Virus record (IMG/VR): IMGVR_UViG_3300046674_000414
Span: 1-58,354 of that record
From: a virus
Length of the DNA: 58,354 nucleotides
Reading direction: 5' to 3' (one strand)
Below the pieces are notes generated by a model that worked only from the letters and a program-made list of their open reading frames with translations, searched no databases and was not told where the DNA came from. Of this stretch, positions 51,834 through 58,354 are shown in pieces (positions within the stretch are counted from its first letter, which is position 1; every line of letters starts with the position of its first letter). Position numbers and translations under genes: made by a program.

Positions 51834-52426
51834 GCGACCGGACCCCCATCACCCCGACCCGCATCATCCCCGCAGGGAAGCCCCTCCCCGCCCCCGCCCC
51901 GGCGGGACCGCCCAAGCCTCCACCGCCACCCCGACCCCCGGCGCCTCCCGCCGTCCCGGACCCACTCCCGGACTGGTGGGGGCGGCCACCCGGGCTGACC
52001 GGACCGCCACCCCCACCGCCGCCCGTCCCCGTGGACGTCCACGTCACCGTCACCATCGACCACGGCCCGCTCGTCCCCATCGCCCCGGAGCCCGGACCGC
52101 GCTGGTACAGGCGATTCCGGATCGGCTACAACGCGGCCTGCGCCGCCGCCGGATTCATGATCTGCGGCCCGTGGGCATGGACCCTCGCCTCCATCCGGAC
52201 CGACTCCCTCGCCGGAGCCTGGGTCGCCGCCATCATCCCCGGCGCCGTCATCTACCTGATCGACAACGCGAGGCAGGTCGAAGCCGACTACGCCGACGAG
52301 CGACTGATAGCGCCCCGCCTCCGCGCCGCGATCACCCGCACCCTCCTCTGGGCCGAAGCCGCCGCCGTCGCCCTCAGCCTGCCGATCACCACGCTCGTCT
52401 ACCTCATCACCGGAGTGCAGCCGTGA
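51830..52426 (+). CDS. Pro-rich membrane protein
   Basis: 198 aa. ~75-aa Pro-rich N-terminus (PPKPPPPPRPPAPP), then three hydrophobic helices. ATGA overlap. Confidence 0.6.
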   Translation: MSDRTPITPTRIIPAGKPLPAPAPAGPPKPPPPPRPPAPPAVPDPLPDWWGRPPGLTGPPPPPPPVPVDVHVTVTIDHGPLVPIAPEPGPRWYRRFRIGYNAACAAAGFMICGPWAWTLASIRTDSLAGAWVAAIIPGAVIYLIDNARQVEADYADERLIAPRLRAAITRTLLWAEAAAVALSLPITTLVYLITGVQP

Positions 52427-53016
52427 GCACCACCCTGGCCGCCGGAGCCAGCCAGTACACCACCAGCGCGATCACCACCGCCGGATTCGCTGTCGGCCTC
52501 GCCCTCCTCGCCGCCGAACTCTGGCGCTGGTACAAAGGCGGCGGCGGCAAAGGCGCCAAGGGGAAAGGCGGCGACGATGGGGGAGGCGCTGCCCGCAACC
52601 CCAAAGCCCTCATCCCCCTCGCCCTCGGCATCGTGTGCGGCATCCTCATGGTCGCCTGCCCCGCCGGACTCCTCGGCCTCACCAGCGGATTCCTCCGCTG
52701 GGGCGGCAACGGTGCAGGCGGACTCGCCATGGACTGGCTCACCGGCCAGAAAGCCGCCCCCCTCGGCACCGCCGCCACCCCCACCCTCGACGGCTACGGC
52801 GCCGTCATCGTCACCGCCCTCACCCTCAGCCTCTGGCTCCTCCGCAAATCCATCGCCAAAGCCGTCAAGGGCAAGTGGAAGAAAGGCGTCCTGATCGGCG
52901 TACTCCTGTGCATCAGCACCGGCACCGCCGCCATGGTCGCGCAGACCGTCGTCGGCAGCACCAACGACCTCGGCCGCTTCGTGTTCGGCCAGCTCGCCAC
53001 CGGGACCTTCGTGTGA
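52423..53016 (+). CDS. Multi-pass membrane protein with Gly/Lys-rich loop
   Basis: 197 aa. GTGA overlap. Confidence 0.6.
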   Translation: MSTTLAAGASQYTTSAITTAGFAVGLALLAAELWRWYKGGGGKGAKGKGGDDGGGAARNPKALIPLALGIVCGILMVACPAGLLGLTSGFLRWGGNGAGGLAMDWLTGQKAAPLGTAATPTLDGYGAVIVTALTLSLWLLRKSIAKAVKGKWKKGVLIGVLLCISTGTAAMVAQTVVGSTNDLGRFVFGQLATGTFV

Positions 53017-53816
53017 GCGCGCCGCCGACCACCGTGCAGTGGCTGCGCCGGGCCGTCGACCGCATCAGCATCGGCTCCGGCCGCCGCGCCACCCAGATCA
53101 CCGCCGCCGCCCTCCGAGCCGTACGGCGCACCTGGGGCGCCGGAAAGGGATGGCTGGAGGAAGCGACAGGGATCATCTCCTGGGTGCTCCGCGCGGCCCT
53201 CCTGCTCCTCGCCGCCCTCATCGCCCGCAAGGTCGTCACGGCGGTCGCGAGCGGCCTGTACGAGCGGATCACCCACGGCGGCGCGCCCTGGCTCCTCTGG
53301 AGCGCCGCCCTCGCCTGGACCATCGCCGCCTACCGCGCCGGCGCCGAAGGGTGGACGCCCAAGCGGGACGACGAGGACACGTCGACGACCGTCAGCGAAG
53401 ACGAGGGCGGCGGAGAACCGGAAGACCCCCACGCCGGCTTCCGCATCGAGCTGGCGCTCGCTCTCCACGCCGTCGGCTCCCCGCACGCGCACATCAGTGC
53501 CCTCGCCGAGTATCTGGGCGCCCCCGCCAACCGCGTCCGCGCCGCCCTCACGGAGGTCGGAATCCCCATCTCCGGCGGGGTGCGGATGCGGGGGCGGCCG
53601 GTCGCGGTCTCTCCGGGCGTCAAGCGGCAGGACTTTCCGCCCCTCCCCCCTACCGGACGAGAGGACACTCCGGGAGGGCCGTTGACCAGCAACAACAACA
53701 GCAACAACAGCGCCGACGAGGGGCCCCGAGAGGGGTTGCGTGTAGAGCGCACACACGGCGGGATCACCATCTACGACCTCGCCGACACCCACCGCCACCA
53801 CAAGACCACCGACTGA
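53013..53816 (+). CDS. Membrane protein with acidic linker and C-terminal soluble domain
   Basis: 267 aa. Overlaps the upstream stop. Two to three TM helices, then DDEDTSTTVSEDEGGGEPED. Confidence 0.6.
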   Translation: MSAPPTTVQWLRRAVDRISIGSGRRATQITAAALRAVRRTWGAGKGWLEEATGIISWVLRAALLLLAALIARKVVTAVASGLYERITHGGAPWLLWSAALAWTIAAYRAGAEGWTPKRDDEDTSTTVSEDEGGGEPEDPHAGFRIELALALHAVGSPHAHISALAEYLGAPANRVRAALTEVGIPISGGVRMRGRPVAVSPGVKRQDFPPLPPTGREDTPGGPLTSNNNSNNSADEGPREGLRVERTHGGITIYDLADTHRHHKTTD

Positions 53817-53885
53817 ACAGGGACCCACCCATGCGCGCCGCTGAAGCCGCCGACCGCGCCGTCGGCGGGAAGGAACTATTCCGAC

Positions 53886-54572
53886 ATGACCATTACCACC
53901 GGACTTGCCACCCGCGAGGGCACAGCCCTCGACATCGCCGACGCCGCCCGCGTCTACCGCCTCGAGGACGGCACCGTCGGCGCCGCCGTCATCGACGGCA
54001 TCGGCCACGGACTGCACACCTCGGCGACCTCGCCCATACTCTCCGAGGTCGCCGCCCGCTACACCGCCCACCGGGGCGCCCTGCCGGGCATCCTTGCCGC
54101 GGGACTCCTCGTCGCTGACCGGGGCCCGGACGGCGACGAGGCCGACGCCGTAGCCGTCACCGCGATCGTGGACCGCATCGGCATCCGCGTCGCGTGGGTC
54201 GGCGACTGCCGCGCCTACGGATGGGACGGCACCCACCTGACCCTCTACACCACGGACCAGACCATGGGCCAGTGGGTCCGCCAGTTCGGCCCCCCGGTCG
54301 AGATCGCCGAGACCTACGACGACTGGGTCCGCGTCTCGCTGCACTCCGCGACCGTCGCCACCACCCGCGAGATCGACGTCCCCGACCCGCTGCTCATCCT
54401 CACCAGCGACGGAGTCCACGACCAGGTCGCTCACGACGTCATGGAGCACCTGATCCGCGACCACGCCACGGACCCGCAGGCGCTCGCCGACGCCCTGGTC
54501 GCCGCCGCCCGACCGGACAACCAGGACTACCGCGACGACGCCACCGCCATCGTGATCAGCCGCAACACATAA
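53886..54572 (+). CDS. PP2C-family Ser/Thr phosphatase
   Basis: 228 aa. IDGIGHG, VGDCRAYGW, LTSDGVHDQV and YRDDATAIVI match PPM motifs. RBS GGGAAGGAA. Confidence 0.75.
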   Translation: MTITTGLATREGTALDIADAARVYRLEDGTVGAAVIDGIGHGLHTSATSPILSEVAARYTAHRGALPGILAAGLLVADRGPDGDEADAVAVTAIVDRIGIRVAWVGDCRAYGWDGTHLTLYTTDQTMGQWVRQFGPPVEIAETYDDWVRVSLHSATVATTREIDVPDPLLILTSDGVHDQVAHDVMEHLIRDHATDPQALADALVAAARPDNQDYRDDATAIVISRNT

Positions 54573-54637
54573 CCGCACCGGTCGGGCGGCGTACGCTCGT
54601 AGCAACATCCACGCACGCTCTGGCTGGATGGTGGACC

Positions 54638-54673
54638 GGGCCTCGCCGTGCACCCCCCGACGCGGCGAGGCCC
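54638..54673 (+). terminator. Stem-loop terminator
   Basis: 11-bp stem GGGCCTCGCCG / CGGCGAGGCCC with a 14-nt loop, after the phosphatase gene. Confidence 0.6.
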
Positions 54674-54702
54674 GCCCCGTTTCCGGCCGTCAAGAGGGCT
54701 GC

Positions 54703-54731
54703 TGGACATTCGGCGATCACTGCTGCATAAT
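54703..54731 (+). promoter_or_regulatory. Strong sigma70(HrdB)-like promoter TGGACA-N17-CATAAT
   Basis: Best consensus match seen in the window. Followed by a leader hairpin at 54770-54791 (AGCCCCCG/CGGGGGCT, then TTCG). Confidence 0.6.
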
Positions 54732-54813
54732 CCGATGCCAGCAGCACACCTGCGCCCACACGCCACACCAGCCCCCGCCAAACCGGGGGCTTTCGCATGC
54801 TCAGGGGGTGACC

Positions 54814-55053
54814 ATGCCCCCCACCGACGAGCCCGGCCGCGACGCCGACGGGACCATCTGGTTCACCATCCGGCAGGCCAGCGACTTCCTCGGCGTGCAC
54901 GTGCAGACGATCTACAGCTGGGAACGCCGAGGCCGCCTCGACCGAGACGACGCCCACCGCGACGAACACGGGCGACGCATCTACACCCAGCAGCAGATCG
55001 CACGCGCCGAACGCGCCGCGAGACACAACACGCCCGGCCTCCGCGCCGCCTGA
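54814..55053 (+). CDS. MerR/excisionase-family HTH protein
   Basis: 79 aa. WFTIRQASDFLGVHVQTIYSWERRGRL. Confidence 0.75.
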   Translation: MPPTDEPGRDADGTIWFTIRQASDFLGVHVQTIYSWERRGRLDRDDAHRDEHGRRIYTQQQIARAERAARHNTPGLRAA

Positions 55054-55069
55054 CGCCCTGGGGGTGACC

Positions 55070-55231
55070 GTGGCCGTCCCGAGCGAAGAGCAGGCCCTCG
55101 ACAACGCCGCCCGACTCCTGGGGCGCGCCGAGATCGAGCTGACCAACCTGCCGCTCATGGAACGCCTCGAAGGTCTCGCGGACTCCTGGCTCGCACTCGC
55201 CAACATCCTGCGCGAACGCGAACGCGCCTGA
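55070..55231 (+). CDS. Small hypothetical helical protein
   Basis: 53 aa translated by hand (VAVPSEEQALDNAARLLGRAEIEL...). GTG after GGGGGTGACC. Confidence 0.45.
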   Translation: MAVPSEEQALDNAARLLGRAEIELTNLPLMERLEGLADSWLALANILRERERA

Positions 55232-55247
55232 CCGACAGGAGGTGACC

Positions 55248-56312
55248 GTGGCCTTCCCCGCCGGAACCCCCGTCGTGACCCTGACCGGCACCCTCCCCTC
55301 CGCCGTCGCGGGCACCGGATACGGCGGGCAGATCGTCTGCACCCCCTCCGCACTCCTCACCGACCCCACACGCCACGCCATCTACCCCGGCGGCGGCAAG
55401 ACCGACATCATCAACGGCGAGTTCAGCGTCCAACTCATCCCCAACAACGCGGCCGGGATCGAGCCTGACGGATGGCGCTGGTACGTCGACATCCAACCCG
55501 CACGCGGTGGACAACGGGCTGCGTTCTGGGCCGACATCCACGGCAACAACGGCGACACCATCCACCTCGACACGCTCATCCCCACACAAGCCCCCGGCGG
55601 CGGCACCACCGGAACCCCTGGGAAGTCGGCGTACGAGGTCGCCGTCGAGCAGGGCTACACCGGCACCGTCACCCAGTGGCTAGCAAGCCTCGTCGGACCC
55701 CAAGGACCCGCCGGGCCGACCGGAGCGACTGGCGCAACCGGGGCCGCCGGAGCAACCGGGGCGCAGGGGGCAACGGGAGCGACCGGCCCCAAGGGCGATA
55801 CCGGAGACACCGGACCCCAAGGCGCACCCGGAACCCCCGCCGACATGGCGCGCGTACAGGCCCTCGAAACCGAGATGCCGACCAAGGCCGACCTCGATGG
55901 CGCGACCTTCACGGGCGACGTCCTCCTGCGCGGCGCCAACCTCACCGTCGAACGCGACGACGAAACCGGCGCCTACCGCTTCCGCGTCACCGGCGGCGGC
56001 CTCGACCTCGAAGTCGCAGGCATGGACGTCATCGTCAGCCTCTGGCAGAACCCCGACTTCAGCGGCGCGCAGACGGCGATGATGCGCTGGGAACCCGCCG
56101 GACCCCACCTCATCGGCCGCGTCCAGATCGGCACCGGACCGTACGACGTCGTCCACGACCTCGACGCCGCAGGCAACCGCCTCGGCTTCTACGGGGTCGC
56201 CTCCGTCACCCGGCAGACCGTGAACGGACAGTGGGGCGACGGAACCGCTGGCGAATCGCTCGCCGCCGCCCTCGACGCGCTCGGCCTCATCGACGACCAG
56301 ACCACCCCGTAG
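55248..56312 (+). CDS. Collagen-like tail fibre protein
   Basis: 354 aa. 16 uninterrupted Gly-X-Y triplets (GPQGPAGPTGATGATGAAGATGAQGATGATGPKGDTGDTGPQGAPGTP). GTG 55248 after ACAGGAGG. Confidence 0.8.
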   Translation: MAFPAGTPVVTLTGTLPSAVAGTGYGGQIVCTPSALLTDPTRHAIYPGGGKTDIINGEFSVQLIPNNAAGIEPDGWRWYVDIQPARGGQRAAFWADIHGNNGDTIHLDTLIPTQAPGGGTTGTPGKSAYEVAVEQGYTGTVTQWLASLVGPQGPAGPTGATGATGAAGATGAQGATGATGPKGDTGDTGPQGAPGTPADMARVQALETEMPTKADLDGATFTGDVLLRGANLTVERDDETGAYRFRVTGGGLDLEVAGMDVIVSLWQNPDFSGAQTAMMRWEPAGPHLIGRVQIGTGPYDVVHDLDAAGNRLGFYGVASVTRQTVNGQWGDGTAGESLAAALDALGLIDDQTTP

Positions 56313-56321
56313 GAGGCCGCC

Positions 56322-56654
56322 ATGCCCCGCACCGCCCTCGCCCCCGTCCAGGCCACCCGCGCCGGAACCGTCCTCCCGGCCGCAACCGCTGGGGACGTCG
56401 TCAACGGCAACAGCGTCGCCAACGACGGCCGCATCGCCCTCATCGTCAAGAACACCAACGGCGCCGCGACCGCGCGGACGGTCACCTTCGCGTTCACGAA
56501 GACCGTCGACGGACAAGCCGTCACCGCCCGCTCCGAGACCATCCCCGCAGGCGAAACCCAGGTGTTCGGCCCCTTCCCGCCCACCGACTACGGCACCACC
56601 CTCGCCGTCAACGCCGACAACGCCGAACTTACCGTCCAGGTCATTCGCATCTGA
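56322..56654 (+). CDS. Hypothetical (likely virion-associated) protein
   Basis: 110 aa. RBS AGGAGG. Follows the fibre gene. Confidence 0.6.
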   Translation: MPRTALAPVQATRAGTVLPAATAGDVVNGNSVANDGRIALIVKNTNGAATARTVTFAFTKTVDGQAVTARSETIPAGETQVFGPFPPTDYGTTLAVNADNAELTVQVIRI

Positions 56655-56683
56655 CACCACCTCAACCCGCAGAGGAAACCCGC

Positions 56684-56875
56684 ATGGCCCATTACCTGAT
56701 CAGCTACCTCGATGGCCAGGATGAAACCATCCAAGCCGACGGCGTCGAGTTCGACTCCGACGCCCGCGACTACACCTTCCACACCAACGGTCACGCCGTC
56801 GCGCTCGCGCCAGCGGCCAACGTCCGCAGCATCGTGCGCCAGAGCGACGAGGACACGGTGGAGGTGACCGCCTGA
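56684..56875 (+). CDS. Hypothetical protein
   Basis: 63 aa. RBS AGAGGAAA. Confidence 0.5.
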   Translation: MAHYLISYLDGQDETIQADGVEFDSDARDYTFHTNGHAVALAPAANVRSIVRQSDEDTVEVTA

Positions 56876-57219
56876 TGGCCCGCCTCCAGATCCTCGAACT
56901 CCCCGAAGGCTCCGACGACGACCGGCCGCCGTTCGTCCTCGTCATCGACCAGGCTCCGCGCGACGAGTCCGCTTTTGAAGCGTTCCGCCGCGACCTCGCC
57001 GATGGCGCCGTAGCCGAGCGCGTAGGCGCCCGCGCAGTGCTGGTCTTCGAGGAGACCGTCGAGATCCCCGCGAACGAAGTCTCCGTCGACCCCGACGGAT
57101 ACCCGCTCAAGATCCGTGTCGAGCCCGACTTCGAAGCCTTCCGGGCGCAGGTCCAAGACGAGATCGCGAGAGCGCAAGCCGAGATCGCCGACGGGCTCAA
57201 GAAGGTGACGCGCCCATGA
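56875..57219 (+). CDS. Hypothetical acidic protein
   Basis: 114 aa. ATGA overlap. Confidence 0.6.
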   Translation: MARLQILELPEGSDDDRPPFVLVIDQAPRDESAFEAFRRDLADGAVAERVGARAVLVFEETVEIPANEVSVDPDGYPLKIRVEPDFEAFRAQVQDEIARAQAEIADGLKKVTRP

Positions 57220-57467
57220 GCATCACGGAACCTCGCGGCGCCGTCATCGAGATCATCGAAAAGGGCCGGGCAACCAGCAACGCCACCGCAGGCGACAGCG
57301 TCATCGTCCCCAACGACGTACGCATCAACGGGCAATCCCTACTCACCTCAGCAGACGACCCCGTCATCGTGCACGAGGTGAGCACGCGCGCGGACGACTG
57401 CGTACGCGTCACGCTTACGCTCCTCGCCCGCCGCGTGTCCATCCGCGCCGAGAACGACCCCGGCTAG
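57216..57467 (+). CDS. Hypothetical protein
   Basis: 83 aa. ATGA overlap. Confidence 0.55.
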   Translation: MSITEPRGAVIEIIEKGRATSNATAGDSVIVPNDVRINGQSLLTSADDPVIVHEVSTRADDCVRVTLTLLARRVSIRAENDPG

Positions 57468-57667
57468 TCCCGGAACGAGCCATCGTGACGGCGCTGGTGG
57501 TTCGACAGCAGATGCTTGCACTGCGGACAGTGCTTCATCCCGCCCCGCTTCACCACCCAACTGATCCCCGCCGTACACAAGTGCAGGAAACCAGCAGCCC
57601 AGTCCTGCACCATCCGCACCAGACCCGGTTTCGTACACGTCGTGCAATCACGACACCCGGTAGCCAT
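57464..57667 (-). CDS. Cys-rich zinc-ribbon protein (lone inverted gene)
   Basis: 67 aa. CRDCTTC...CPQCKH. Strong RBS AGAGGGGGG. Stop overlaps the convergent gene's stop. Confidence 0.65.
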   Translation of the reverse strand: MATGCRDCTTCTKPGLVRMVQDWAAGFLHLCTAGISWVVKRGGMKHCPQCKHLLSNHQRRHDGSFRD

Positions 57668-57744
57668 TTTCAGACCCCCCTCTTTCCAGAACCCCCCTGG
57701 CTCCTGAAGACGTGGACGCTACCCCAGCACAGGAGGTTCCGGCC

Positions 57745-58092
57745 ATGCCCTCACGGCTCCCGCCTCCATGCTCACGACCCGGATGCGACCAGACCAAACC
57801 GTGCCCCACACACGGCCGCGACACCCGCACCCGAGGCAACCCCCACCAACGCGGCTACGGCACCAAGCACCGCGACCGCTTCCGACGCGGTGTACTTGAT
57901 GCCCAACCCGTATGCGTCCTCTGTCGTCGAGCGTCCGCTACCGAAGCCGACCACTGGCCACGCTCACGTCAGCAACTCGAACACCAGGGCCTCGACGCAG
58001 ACGATCCGCAGTACGGACGCGGACTGTGCAAGCCCTGCCACAGCAGCGAGACCGCACGGCATCAGCCGGGCGGCTGGGCGGCCGAACGGTGA
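57745..58092 (+). CDS. HNH endonuclease (terminase-associated)
   Basis: 115 aa from ATG 57745, after AGGAGG. ...CVLCRR..ATEADHWP...LCKPCHSSET. Last gene before the genome end and TerS. Confidence 0.85.
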   Translation: MPSRLPPPCSRPGCDQTKPCPTHGRDTRTRGNPHQRGYGTKHRDRFRRGVLDAQPVCVLCRRASATEADHWPRSRQQLEHQGLDADDPQYGRGLCKPCHSSETARHQPGGWAAER

Positions 58093-58329
58093 CCCAAAAG
58101 CGGTCAACAGCAGCCTCCAGGCGTCGCGGCGACCTCAGAGCAGACACCGAGAGACGCGCAACGCCGGTCACAACCCGCCGCGCGGCACTCGGCACCCCGA
58201 ACGCCGCGATCGCCGACCCGCGATCGTGAGCCAGCGGCCCGGACCGGCGCCGACCGAGCCGCCCAGACAACTCAGCGCCAAGGCGGCCCCGGGCGCTCCG
58301 GCCGGCACCTGCCCCCCGGGTGGGGGCGC

Positions 58330-58354
58330 ACCCCCGCGCGCGCGTGCACGAGAC
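58330..58354. repeat. Right copy of 25-nt terminal direct repeat
   Basis: Identical to 1-25. Confidence 0.95.

Larger units (their letters stand above)
1..58354. mobile_element. Complete temperate siphovirus genome, high-GC actinobacterial (Streptomyces-type)
   Basis: Structural, lysis, integration, immunity, recombination and replication modules in canonical order. Identical 25-nt termini. HNH - end - TerS - TerL junction across the window ends. tRNA-derived attP next to a tyrosine integrase. Confidence 0.85.

Noticed and set aside
55695-55838. 9-bp periodic DNA repeat (GGNGCNACN-like) considered as a tandem repeat, CRISPR-like array or DGR variable region
   Set aside because: The periodicity is fully explained by in-frame Gly-X-Y collagen triplets in a fibre gene. 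No reverse transcriptase or template repeat exists in the window.

Overview
The window is a complete temperate siphovirus genome of 58.3 kb. It is high-GC with Streptomyces-type codon usage (G/C-rich third positions), and its first and last 25 nt are identical. Left arm, 0.1-22.1 kb, + strand: P27-like TerS, TerL, portal, MuF-like protein, scaffold, HK97-type major capsid and neck proteins. These are followed by the major tail protein, -1 frameshifted tail chaperones, a 1448-aa tape measure with an embedded NlpC/P60 domain, and a Dit-like protein with three CBM-like modules. The arm ends with more minor tail proteins, a signal-peptide GH43-like beta-propeller, endolysin, holin and a tail-anchored membrane protein, closed by a bidirectional terminator. 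Centre, 22.1-30.1 kb: a short leftward operon, then back-to-back promoters with a palindromic operator. After these come two abutting CRISPR type I-E repeat-like hairpin units plus terminators, then an XRE-HTH/TPR regulator with five coupled small Cys-rich genes. The centre also holds a small XRE gene, attP (tRNA-Arg(CCT) 3' portion flanked by 28-bp arm repeats), a tyrosine integrase, an orphan 136-aa gene, and the repressor/cro-like switch. Right arm, 30-58 kb, mostly + strand with start/stop overlaps: antirepressor, PD-(D/E)XK exonuclease plus annealing protein, and a WhiB-like factor. An acidic-protein cassette, an Arr-like ADP-ribosyltransferase and an inverted RHH gene come next. Then follow a replication initiator whose gene carries five 27-bp palindromic iterons and a C16 tract, and a MazG-like protein. 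The arm continues with an inverted HTH gene facing a promoter/operator and a leader with three stem-loops that all display GGTGACAC, a block of five membrane proteins and a PP2C phosphatase. A strong sigma70-like promoter then leads into a MerR/excisionase-like gene, a collagen-like fibre and the HNH endonuclease at the right end. No tRNA, rRNA, cas or reverse transcriptase genes were seen. All function calls rest on remembered family signatures and gene context; no database search was possible.
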